Shown piece by piece: positions 8,872-17,231 of a stretch of 46,415 nt of DNA; the first letter of the stretch is position 1; each line of letters starts with the position of its first letter. The stretch spans positions 1 to 46,415 of the forward strand of contig JASJCV010000007.1 in assembly GCA_030065275.1 (NCBI GenBank), given 5' to 3'. The notes below the pieces were generated by a model. The model was not told the origin of the DNA and made no database searches. It saw nothing but the letters and a program-made list of their open reading frames with translations. This DNA comes from Desulfobacterales bacterium (GTDB lineage: Bacteria > Desulfobacterota > Desulfobacteria > Desulfobacterales > UBA5852). The position numbers and the translations under genes were made by a program.

Positions 8872-9725
8872 GAAACGTTTCGACTCGCGGCTTGGGGTTC
8901 GCGTGTTCGGCAGCCGGCCTGAATAAAACGACGCATCGCCTCCAGTGTGCGTCGCGGCGCCTCGCGATGGGGCGCGTGGCCGCACGATGGGATGAGATAC
9001 GCGCGGGCCCGCGGGCCAATGCCCCCGGCGATGGCCTCGACCTGGCGCACCGTGCCGTAGGGGTCGTCCAGCCCCTGGATCACGAGCGCCGCACAGCGGA
9101 TTTGCGGCAACCAGGCCTCGATGTTCCAGTCCCCGAACGCCCCGGACAGCCAGACATCGGCCCAGTGGTAGAACATTTCGCGGGTGCGCGTGCCGTGATA
9201 GCGGCTCAACTGATCCGCCAGCCCACCACGCTCGAAGGCATCAACCGTGGCCCGAATGCCCTCCAGGGTAACGGTTTCCACGAATACGTGGGCGCCTTCG
9301 GCGATGACGCCGCCTGCCCGCTGCCCGGAACGGGCGGCGAAAAGCAGGGCGATCGTGCCGCCGTCACTGTGGCCAATCAAAAAAGGGGCTTGGATGCCGA
9401 AGCGGTCGAGCAGGGCCGGAAGCGTGGTTTCGGCCTCCTCCTGCAGATAGCCGGTCGTGGGCGGCCGACGGCGGGCACTCGATCGGCCGTATCCCTGGCG
9501 GTCGTAAACCAGGACCGGACAGCGGGTGGCCCGCGCCAGTCGATGCGGAAAGTCATGCCACATGGCCGTGCAGCCGAGCCCCTCGTGAAGAAATACCAGC
9601 CAGGGGCCTTCCACGGCCGCACGGTCCCCGGGGGTAAGGGTCAGGGTGTGGATATCCTGGCCTTCGATCGAGACCTGTCGGGATGTGGCCGTCAGTGCGG
9701 TGGCCGAGGAATCTCGAGGGGACAT
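8865..9725 (-). CDS. Alpha/beta hydrolase (serine nucleophile)
   Basis: FLHEGLG oxyanion region, FLIGHSDGGTIALLFAA elbow, QGLDDPY and SCGHAPH. I chose the start at MSPRDSS (9725), preceded by GGGAGAG. The track ORF extends to 9785. Confidence 0.75.
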   Translation of the reverse strand: MSPRDSSATALTATSRQVSIEGQDIHTLTLTPGDRAAVEGPWLVFLHEGLGCTAMWHDFPHRLARATRCPVLVYDRQGYGRSSARRRPPTTGYLQEEAETTLPALLDRFGIQAPFLIGHSDGGTIALLFAARSGQRAGGVIAEGAHVFVETVTLEGIRATVDAFERGGLADQLSRYHGTRTREMFYHWADVWLSGAFGDWNIEAWLPQIRCAALVIQGLDDPYGTVRQVEAIAGGIGPRARAYLIPSCGHAPHREAPRRTLEAMRRFIQAGCRTREPQAASRNVSC

Positions 9726-9855
9726 GGGGTCGCTCTCCCTTTCACTTCCCCGATGTGGGCGGCTCGGGGGGCATAGATCCAGCATAATAAATCACGGGAC
9801 GAAATCAAGACACCCCCTGTTTTGTTTCCACAAGGAATTGTGTTAATCGGAGCCC

Positions 9856-10605
9856 ATGACGTTTGCATTCGAGACCATCGGTACGCTGCATTCCTGCTTC
9901 GAGCAAAAATTCGGCATCCCCCGTCAACCCGGACTCGTGCCGGACGCCCGGGCTGTGCTGGTCCTCAAACCGCCCTTCAGCCGCGCGGAAAATCTGCAGG
10001 GTCTGGAGGGCTATTCGCACCTGTGGCTGATTTACGTGTTTCATGCCGTTGCGGCCCGCCCGGCAAAGTCCTCGGTCAGGCCGCCGCGGCTGGGCGGCAA
10101 TCGGCGCGTCGGCGTTTTTGCTTCGCGATCGTATTTTCGCCCCAATCCCATTGGACTGTCCGTTTGCGAACTGGAGCGGATTGAAATCGATGAAGGCCAT
10201 GGCGTCCTGCACCTCCGGGGGGTGGACATTCTCGATCAGACACCGGTGCTCGATATCAAGCCGTACCTGCCCTATGCGGATTGCGTTCCGCAAGCCCAGG
10301 CCGGCTGGGCCGCCAATTCGCCAGCGCTTCGCTGCGGCGTTCACTTCAGTGAGGCCGCCGATGCGGTTCTCGAATCGTTGCCTTCCAGGGAGCGTCAGGA
10401 CCTGCGGCGGCTGATCCGCCAGGTCCTGAGCCTCGATCCCCGGCCGGCTTATCTTCACCGGAACGATCACCGGCGCTGTTTCGGCATGCGGCTGGCGTCC
10501 TGGGATGTACGCTGGGAAGTCCGCGCCGATGATGTCGAGGTGAAGATCCTGATTCCCGTCCGCGAGGGGCGAACGCAAGCGGACATCAAACCCGGACGAC
10601 GCTGA
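9856..10605 (+). CDS. trmO: tRNA (N6-threonylcarbamoyladenosine(37)-N6)-methyltransferase TrmO/TsaA, full length
   Basis: FGIPRQPG, YSHLWLIYVFH, RPNPIGLSVCELERIE and PVLDIKPYLPY, plus a C-terminal extension of about 100 aa as in full-length YaeB. Confidence 0.85.
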   Translation: MTFAFETIGTLHSCFEQKFGIPRQPGLVPDARAVLVLKPPFSRAENLQGLEGYSHLWLIYVFHAVAARPAKSSVRPPRLGGNRRVGVFASRSYFRPNPIGLSVCELERIEIDEGHGVLHLRGVDILDQTPVLDIKPYLPYADCVPQAQAGWAANSPALRCGVHFSEAADAVLESLPSRERQDLRRLIRQVLSLDPRPAYLHRNDHRRCFGMRLASWDVRWEVRADDVEVKILIPVREGRTQADIKPGRR

Positions 10606-10614
10606 GCTTCCGAT

Positions 10615-10630
10615 TGGCAAGGGGCTTGCA
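10615..10630 (+). promoter_or_regulatory. Sigma-54 (-24/-12) promoter TGGCAA-N5-TTGCA upstream of the usp gene
   Basis: Sequence TTGGCAAGGGGCTTGCAG. GG and GC have exact consensus spacing relative to TGGCAC-N5-TTGCA. It lies 10 nt after the trmO stop and about 90 nt upstream of the usp start. Confidence 0.55.
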
Positions 10631-10721
10631 GCGACGGCAGACCGAACTATGTTAACCATGGATGGCGGAATCGATCCGCTGTCCGCACGACGACAAGCCT
10701 ATCGAACGCAGGAGGTGGATG

Positions 10722-11171
10722 ATGCCGATCAAACGTATTCTCTGGCCCACCGATCTTTCGGGCCGCGCACAAGCCGCAATGCCGTACGTAACGTCCCTGA
10801 CGGAGCGCTACGATGCCGAAATCCATGTTCTCTATGTCATCGACGACCTGACCGCGCACCGCTGGTACGGCGAATTCGAGCCGGACCATATCGAAAAGAT
10901 CCTCGCCTGGGAGCAAAAAACGGCGCGCAAACGCCTGGACCAGCTTTGTCAAAACCATCTTTCCGGGTGCCCGCTGTATGTGCGCCATGTGGCCGTGGGT
11001 GAGCCCGCACGTGAAATCCTCAAGCTGGTCGAAGCCGAGAAGATGGATATGGTGGTCATGGCGTCGAGGGGCGCGGAGGGTCATTTCGCATTCGGCAGCG
11101 TCGCCGAGAAAGTGGTCAAAAACGCAGCGGTGCCCGTGGTGACCATTCCGGGCACCGACGCGCAGCCCTGA
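10722..11171 (+). CDS. Universal stress protein (single USP domain)
   Basis: MPIKRILWPTDLS...IHVLYVID...MVVMASRGAEGHFAFGSVAEKVVKNAAVPVVTI, which includes the USP ATP-binding G-x2-G-x9-G(S/T) region. AGGAGG lies 6 nt upstream. Alternative starts are at 10719 and 10662. Confidence 0.8.
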   Translation: MPIKRILWPTDLSGRAQAAMPYVTSLTERYDAEIHVLYVIDDLTAHRWYGEFEPDHIEKILAWEQKTARKRLDQLCQNHLSGCPLYVRHVAVGEPAREILKLVEAEKMDMVVMASRGAEGHFAFGSVAEKVVKNAAVPVVTIPGTDAQP

Positions 11172-11331
11172 ACCTTACCGGCAGAAATACGGCTTGTCGT
11201 TTGAATCCCATGCGGTTTGTCAAACGGCCTCCGGCCGGCACCGGTGGCCGGCCCCCCGACGGGCGCCAGACAGTAGGCGCCGCAACAGCGGCCCGCGTCC
11301 GATAATCCCCATTAAAAGCGAGCTGATCGAG

Positions 11332-12717
11332 ATGTTCTCCAAGCAAACCTATCGGACGCGGCGCGCGCATCTGGTCAACAGCGTGCGGTCCGGTCTCGTC
11401 CTTTTCCCCGGCCATCAATCCAGCCCGATCAACTTCGGAGCCAATGCCTACCCTTTCAGGCAGGACAGCACCTTCCTCTACTACGGCGGTCCGTCGTCTC
11501 CCGGACGGGCCGTCGTGGTGGACTGCGACGCGAATGAAGCCTGGCTTTGCGGAAGCGAGCCCGAACCGGACGAAGCGCTCTGGTCCGGTCCGGCGCCGAC
11601 ATTGGAGGCCGGGGCCGATGCGGGGGCCTTTGACCGGCTGGAGTCGCTGGATGCCCTGCCCGATCTGCTGGCCGCCGCACAGCGGGCGGGCCGCCCCATC
11701 CACTTTCTTCCCGACTACCGCGCTGATATCACCCTCACCCTGGCGCGGCTTCTGTCCATTCCGGCCCTTCGGGTGCAAGCCGGTGTCTCGCTCAAATTGA
11801 TCGCTGCCGTCGTGGCGCAGCGCGCGGTCAAGACGGATGAGGAGGTGGCTGAGATCGAAGTCGCCCTCGGTATCTGCCGCAATATCTTCCAGGAAATTGC
11901 CACGGCCGGGCTCGCAGACCAAATGCCCGCAGCGATCGTGGGGCGGATGGCGATGGTGGCGCTCTCGCGGGACAGCCGTTTCGCCTTTGCGCCCATCGTA
12001 ACCCCGCACGGCGATATTCTCCACGGTGGCGTCGCGGCGGAACCCCTCAAGACCGGCGATCTTCTCGTCGTGGATGTCGGTGTCGAATCACCACGGGGGT
12101 ATGCCGCGGACATCACCCGGACCTTGCCGGTCGGCGGCCGCTTCGACCGCCGGCAGCGCGATATCTACGAGATCGTGCTCAAAGCCCAGAAGACGGCCAT
12201 CGCCGCCCTGGCTCCGGGGGTGCGCTTTCGCGATGTGCATCTGGACGCCGCCGCCGTCATTTGTCAGGGACTCAAAGAGATGGGCATCATGCATGGGGAC
12301 ATCGAGGAAGCCGTGGCCGAGGGGGCGCATGCCTTATTTTTCCCCCACGGTCTGGGGCACATGCTCGGGTTGGACGCCCACGACATGGAGGCGCTGGGGG
12401 AAGACCACGTCGGCTATGATGACGAGACCCGTCGCAGCCGACAGTTCGGGCTGGCTTCTCTGCGCCTGGGGCGGCGCCTTGAATCCGGTAACATCGTTAC
12501 CGTGGAGCCGGGCATTTATTTCAACCGCGGTCTCATCGAACGGTGGCGCGCGGCGCAGCGCGCGGCCGCATTCATCGATTACGGTAAACTGGCCGCGTTT
12601 GAAGGCTTCGGCGGCATTCGCATCGAAGACGACGTCCTGGTGACCGACACGGCCGCTCGTGTTCTCGGCCCGACCATCCCCAAATCCGTCGCGACGGTCG
12701 AGGCGTCGCTCTTATAA
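11332..12717 (+). CDS. Xaa-Pro aminopeptidase (M24B pita-bread metallopeptidase)
   Basis: LVVDVGVESPRGYAADITRT, HGLGHMLGLDAHD, VTVEPGIY and GGIRIEDDVLVT give the metal-ligand pattern of aminopeptidase P/prolidase. I chose the start at MFSKQTYRTRR. The track ORF starts at 11194. Confidence 0.85.
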   Translation: MFSKQTYRTRRAHLVNSVRSGLVLFPGHQSSPINFGANAYPFRQDSTFLYYGGPSSPGRAVVVDCDANEAWLCGSEPEPDEALWSGPAPTLEAGADAGAFDRLESLDALPDLLAAAQRAGRPIHFLPDYRADITLTLARLLSIPALRVQAGVSLKLIAAVVAQRAVKTDEEVAEIEVALGICRNIFQEIATAGLADQMPAAIVGRMAMVALSRDSRFAFAPIVTPHGDILHGGVAAEPLKTGDLLVVDVGVESPRGYAADITRTLPVGGRFDRRQRDIYEIVLKAQKTAIAALAPGVRFRDVHLDAAAVICQGLKEMGIMHGDIEEAVAEGAHALFFPHGLGHMLGLDAHDMEALGEDHVGYDDETRRSRQFGLASLRLGRRLESGNIVTVEPGIYFNRGLIERWRAAQRAAAFIDYGKLAAFEGFGGIRIEDDVLVTDTAARVLGPTIPKSVATVEASLL

Positions 12718-12759
12718 GCGGTGGGCCGCAGCTTCCGGCCTCAATCGCTCGTTGCCTGC

Positions 12760-13041
12760 TCACCCGCCGGTGTCGACACCGGTTTTCTGAGGGAAGATAT
12801 CTTCGAAGGCGACCTCGGCAATTTTCTGCAGACAGTCGTCGAGCGCTTCGGTTTCGGTTTGTCCCGTACCCTGATACTGGGTTAGGGCGATGATGTTGAT
12901 CAGGTTGGGTACGGCCACGAATGGTGCCGCTAAGGCGCCGCGAATGGTTTCATGCACATCGATATAGAGCATCCGCCCATCCCGGATCAGATTGTAGCGG
13001 GAGATTTTGGTAAGCAGGACGTCCTGGCGGCGGGTCGACAT
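12760..13041 (-). CDS. Hypothetical 93-aa protein downstream of the PilZ gene
   Basis: Amino-acid composition is balanced and unlike the Arg/Pro/Gly-rich shadow ORFs. It lies 65 nt downstream of, and on the same strand as, the 13107..13472 PilZ gene. I recognise no motif. Confidence 0.4.
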   Translation of the reverse strand: MSTRRQDVLLTKISRYNLIRDGRMLYIDVHETIRGALAAPFVAVPNLINIIALTQYQGTGQTETEALDDCLQKIAEVAFEDIFPQKTGVDTGG

Positions 13042-13106
13042 CGCTCTGATCTTTTCCGGTGTTTGCCGATCGAGGGGGCCGTCTTCGATGGCGGATCGTC
13101 TGTTGA

Positions 13107-13472
13107 TCAGCGTCTCGGCTGGAAACGATGGCCGCGGATGAATTGAATCGCGATTCCCTTGCGGTCGTGCCAGACGATCTTGCCCATCTTCTTGGTTTCT
13201 TCGTTGCGTTTGCCGAAGGGACCGGCCACGACCACTTCCTGGCCCACCGTAAAACGTTCCTTGGTTTGAACGTAGATGCCCCCCTGGCTCATGTTTTTGA
13301 TCGTCCCCCGGAAAAGTTCCCGGTTGGCGGAGAAATGGGTGTCTTCGGAGCAGGGGATACGGCTGTAGACGCGCGCTTCCTTGTTGTCAAGCCGCCGGAA
13401 CCCGCGCTCGAACCTCTCCTCGGACTTCGGCTTGACGGCAGGTTTGTCGGATTTGGGGCGGAACGGTTTCAT
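13107..13472 (-). CDS. Small stand-alone PilZ-domain protein
   Basis: An arginine-rich stretch (RFERGFRRLDNKEARVYSR) followed by GTIKNMSQGGIYV gives the RxxxR / (D/N)xSxxG PilZ signature. I chose the start at MKPFRP. The track ORF extends to 13517. Confidence 0.65.
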   Translation of the reverse strand: MKPFRPKSDKPAVKPKSEERFERGFRRLDNKEARVYSRIPCSEDTHFSANRELFRGTIKNMSQGGIYVQTKERFTVGQEVVVAGPFGKRNEETKKMGKIVWHDRKGIAIQFIRGHRFQPRR

Positions 13473-13994
13473 GTGTGTTAATCCAGGCGTCAAACATCGG
13501 TTGGCTCGGAATTTCACACCCTATGGCTTTATCTACATTTCCTATAAATTCAGGGTTCAATTGTCAACCCCAAAGCAACCGAAAAAATTCGGAAAATTTA
13601 TTTTCAGCCGACCCATTCGTCTGCCTTCCGGCCCGCGAGGGCGTTCGACCGGCCCGAGCGCCGGACACCGACACGACGAAGTCCGTCGTCACCTGCCGCC
13701 CGGGAGTTGTGTTTTAGACGATGCTCTGATAAATTTGTAGGGTTTACAAAAAACGGCCTGCCATTGGAATCCGTGCGCCGAAGGACGGATGATGTTGCAG
13801 CATCGACAACGGTTCGGGGTATGGCCATACTGATTTTTTTTGCGCGGCCTCCGTGTGGGTTGCGAATACGGTTCGATGGCGGTGCTCGTTTGGCGCCCCT
13901 TTCAGTGGGCGCAACCCGTAGATACATTCTCATTCTTGTGCTCGAACCGATGGCGCGACCCTCCCGGGGATGAACTTTTTCGAATGCATCATTC

Positions 13995-15941
13995 ATGACG
14001 GCTTCGGAACCAACCAAATTCGGAAAATACTGGCTCACCGACCGGATCGCCGTCGGCGGAATGGCCGAGCTTTACCGTGGGAAGATTTCGGGCGACGAGG
14101 GATTTGAAAAGGCTGTCGCCGTCAAGAAGATCCTGCCCCATTTGGCCGCCGAGAAGGACGCGGTCAATTACTTTATCGACGAAGCGCGCCTGGCCGCCCT
14201 GCTTCAGCACCCCAACATCGCACAGATTTACGACTTCGGCCGTCTCGAGGACGCCTATTTCATTGCGATGGAGTATCTCTTCGGCAAAGACCTCAAGTCG
14301 GTACTGCACCTCGCCGAGGAACGCAACCTGCCGCTGTCCCTTGAAAATGCCCTTCACATCACCTCGCGCATCTGCTCCGGACTGGACTACGCCCACAACA
14401 TGAAGGACCTGCAGGGCGACCTGCTCAATATCATCCATCGGGACGTCAGCCCCCAGAATATCTTTATCACCTACGACGGGCAGGTGAAGATCATCGACTT
14501 CGGTATTGCCAAAGCGGCCAGCCGTATTACCAGTACGCGTTCGGGCGTGATCAAGGGTAAAGTGGCCTACATGTCGCCCGAGCAGGCCGAGGGCCTGGAG
14601 GTCGATCACCGGGCCGATATCTTTTCCGTCGGCATTCTGCTCTATGAAATGGTGACCGGCCGTTTCATGTACGACGGCGACGCCATGGAAATCCTCTCCC
14701 GGGCGCGGGATGCCGACTTCACGCGGCCGGAGCGCATTGTCCGCGATTTGCCCGAATGCGTTATCCTCTCGCTTGATACGGCTCTGGCCAAGGACACGCG
14801 CACGCGCTACAGCTCCTGCGGCGAGATGCTCTCTGACCTGGAAGACTGCATCTACCACCTGAATTTCCGACCCAGCGACCAGAAACTGGCGCAGTACATG
14901 AAAGCGCTCTTCGAGAATGAATTCGAATCCGAAGAGGCTTCGATGACACGGGCTCTGCGGCGGGTCATGCCCACGGATGCGGCGCTCGAGACCGCGGCCG
15001 CCGACCGTCCCGGCTATCAGGAAACCATGGTACTGGATACCGAGACGGCGACACGGCGTTCCAGGCGCTGGCTGGGGATCGCGCTGTGCCTGTTGATCCT
15101 GGTGGCGGGCGGCGCCTTCTGGTTTTTGAATCGTCCCGGGGACGGAAATCAGGACGGGCCGGTCGTCGTTCACGTGCCCATCGACGCCAAGCCCGACAAC
15201 CCCGAGGATCAGGCCCGCTCGACCGTCGTGAAGACCATTCCACCCGGTGCGGGCAAGGGGACGTCTGACGCGGACCGGCGCGCCCCCGACCCGCAGATTG
15301 CCGCGGGTCTGAAGGCGGCCGAGCAGCACCTGCAAGCCTGGAATCTCACCTCTCCCTCGGGTCGCAATGCCTATGACGCCTACCGGAAGGTGTTGAAGAT
15401 CGATCCCGGCAATGCCCAGGCGCGGAAGGGGATCAAAAAGGTGGCGGAGCGCTACGCCGATCTGGCCGACAAGGAGATCAAGCGCGGCAACCGGGACAAA
15501 GCCATGGGGTTCATCAAAACCGGGCTGGGGGTCGATGCCGCCAACCGGCGCCTGTGGGCGCTGCGCGAGAAGATCAATCTGCAAAACGAGCAGGTGCGCC
15601 AGAAGAAAATCCAGGGACTGCTGGTGAAGGCCAATGAGCGCATCGCCTCCTTGCGTCTGACGAAACCGCCCCGGGACAACGCGCTTTATTTCTTCCGTGA
15701 AGTGCAGAAGATCGATCCCGGCAATACCGAAGCAAAGAAGGGCTTGCGCAAAATCGCCGACCGCTACGCCACGCTTGCCGAAAAAGAGATGAACCGCTTC
15801 CGTTACGACGACGCCCGGCGGTTCATCGACACCGGACTCCGGGTCGATCCGCGGCATGAAAAGCTGCTGATGCTTAAAACCGAGGTCAACAAACGGCTCG
15901 ACCAGCGGGTGATGCGCAGCCTTAAAAATATTTTCAATTAA
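13995..15941 (+). CDS. Hanks-type Ser/Thr protein kinase with one TM helix and a repeat-containing C-terminal domain
   Basis: Kinase motifs: G-loop IAVGGMAELY, AVKKI, HRDVSPQNI, DFGIAK and YMSPEQ. TM segment WLGIALCLLILVAGGAFWFL. Two homologous C-terminal modules are present (IDPGNAQARKGIKKVAERYADLADKE / IDPGNTEAKKGLRKIADRYATLAEKE). Confidence 0.9.
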   Translation: MTASEPTKFGKYWLTDRIAVGGMAELYRGKISGDEGFEKAVAVKKILPHLAAEKDAVNYFIDEARLAALLQHPNIAQIYDFGRLEDAYFIAMEYLFGKDLKSVLHLAEERNLPLSLENALHITSRICSGLDYAHNMKDLQGDLLNIIHRDVSPQNIFITYDGQVKIIDFGIAKAASRITSTRSGVIKGKVAYMSPEQAEGLEVDHRADIFSVGILLYEMVTGRFMYDGDAMEILSRARDADFTRPERIVRDLPECVILSLDTALAKDTRTRYSSCGEMLSDLEDCIYHLNFRPSDQKLAQYMKALFENEFESEEASMTRALRRVMPTDAALETAAADRPGYQETMVLDTETATRRSRRWLGIALCLLILVAGGAFWFLNRPGDGNQDGPVVVHVPIDAKPDNPEDQARSTVVKTIPPGAGKGTSDADRRAPDPQIAAGLKAAEQHLQAWNLTSPSGRNAYDAYRKVLKIDPGNAQARKGIKKVAERYADLADKEIKRGNRDKAMGFIKTGLGVDAANRRLWALREKINLQNEQVRQKKIQGLLVKANERIASLRLTKPPRDNALYFFREVQKIDPGNTEAKKGLRKIADRYATLAEKEMNRFRYDDARRFIDTGLRVDPRHEKLLMLKTEVNKRLDQRVMRSLKNIFN

Positions 15942-16112
15942 TGGTTTCGGGTGTCAGGGATACAGCATCGAAACCCAACCATCCTTCTGACGCCTGAACA
16001 CGGACACCTCTATTCTGCCTGACCCCCCCCAAACCTTGAAATCAATTTCCTGAGCCCAAATCCTTCAAGACGGCGTTTTGTCTCTGACGCGAATCCGGCC
16101 GGGCGGTGGCAA

Positions 16113-17093
16113 TCAATCCACGGTCAGAATGGTGGCGCCGGTGGTTTGACGGGCCTCGAGGTCGCGATGCGCCTGCGCGGCGTCTTTCAGCGGATAGGTC
16201 TGGCGGATATCCACCTGAACGGCGCCCTGCCGAACCACGTCGAACAGATCGGCGGCATGGGCCTGCAGATCCTCCTGTGCGGCCGTGTAGGTCATCAGGC
16301 TGGGCCGCGTGAGAAAGAGCGACCCCTTGGCCGCCAGGAGGCCGGGATCGATGGGGCCGACCGGCCCGGACGACTGGCCGAAGGACACCAGCATGCCCAT
16401 GGGGCGCAGACAGTCCAGCGAGCGCATGAACGTGGCCTCGCCGACCGAGTCGTAGACCACGTCGACCCCGCGGCCGTCCGTAATATCCTGGACGCGCCGG
16501 ACAAAATCCTCGCTTTGGTAGAGCAGGGGGTGGTCGCACCCGTTGGCGCGGGCCAGTTCGGCCTTGGCCTCCGTGCCCACCGTACCGATGACCCGGGCCC
16601 CCAGGTGGCGGGCCCACTGACAGACCAGCAGGCCGACACCGCCGGCCGCGGCGTGAATCAGGATGGTATCGCCTCTTTGGACCGGGTAGCAGCCGCGCAG
16701 CAGATAGCGTGCGGTCATGCCCTGGAGCATCATGGCGGCCGCTGTCCGGCTGTCGATGGTGTCGGGCAGCCTGACGAGGCGGTGAGCGGGGATGCGGCGA
16801 TGCTCCGCATAGGCGCCGGGGGGCAGGCCGGCATAGGCGACACGGTCGCCGGGTTTGAATGCGCTGACCTCGGCCCCTACCGAGGTCACCCGACCGGCGC
16901 CTTCCATGCCGGGGATGGCCGGCAGATCGCCAATGGGATATAGGCCCGTGCGGTGATAGACATCGATGAAGTTCAGCCCGATGGCTTCGTGCCGCAAACG
17001 CACTTCGTCCGGTCCAGGTTCCCCGGGGTCATGGGGTTCCCATTGCAGGACGTCCGGCCCGCCGGCGGCATGCATGACGATGGCGTGGCTCAT
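16113..17093 (-). CDS. qor: NADPH:quinone oxidoreductase (MDR superfamily, zeta-crystallin type)
   Basis: IGLNFIDVYHRTGLYP, PGMEGAGRV, and the Rossmann motif IHAAAGGVGLLVCQWA. 326 aa. Confidence 0.8.
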   Translation of the reverse strand: MSHAIVMHAAGGPDVLQWEPHDPGEPGPDEVRLRHEAIGLNFIDVYHRTGLYPIGDLPAIPGMEGAGRVTSVGAEVSAFKPGDRVAYAGLPPGAYAEHRRIPAHRLVRLPDTIDSRTAAAMMLQGMTARYLLRGCYPVQRGDTILIHAAAGGVGLLVCQWARHLGARVIGTVGTEAKAELARANGCDHPLLYQSEDFVRRVQDITDGRGVDVVYDSVGEATFMRSLDCLRPMGMLVSFGQSSGPVGPIDPGLLAAKGSLFLTRPSLMTYTAAQEDLQAHAADLFDVVRQGAVQVDIRQTYPLKDAAQAHRDLEARQTTGATILTVD

Positions 17094-17212
17094 GAGTTGC
17101 CCTCCTGTTCGGTATCCGTTTGACTTAGAGGGTCGGCGGGCAAAACCGGTATCCGCAGAGAGATGTCCGCCGGCCGAGTGACGTTCATTTAAGCCCCCCC
17201 GGAGCGTATGTC

Positions 17213-17231
17213 AAACGGCCCGCGGCCGTTT
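17213..17231 (-). terminator. Weak terminator-like hairpin overlapping the stop codon of the SMC-like ATPase gene
   Basis: AAACGGCC-CGC-GGCCGTTT forms an 8-bp stem, but only a 3-T tail follows on the minus strand. Confidence 0.2.

Noticed and set aside
13989-15857. 622-aa minus-strand ORF
   Set aside because: It is antisense to the Ser/Thr kinase gene, which carries all Hanks motifs on the + strand. This is typical high-GC stop-codon depletion.
15944-15976. GGTTTCG-N19-CGAAACC hairpin after the kinase stop as a terminator
   Set aside because: It has a large loop and no downstream T tract, so the support for an intrinsic terminator is insufficient.
16042-16617. 191-aa minus-strand ORF, Gly/Arg/Pro-rich
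   Set aside because: It is an out-of-frame overlap with the qor gene on the same strand, with nonsense composition.
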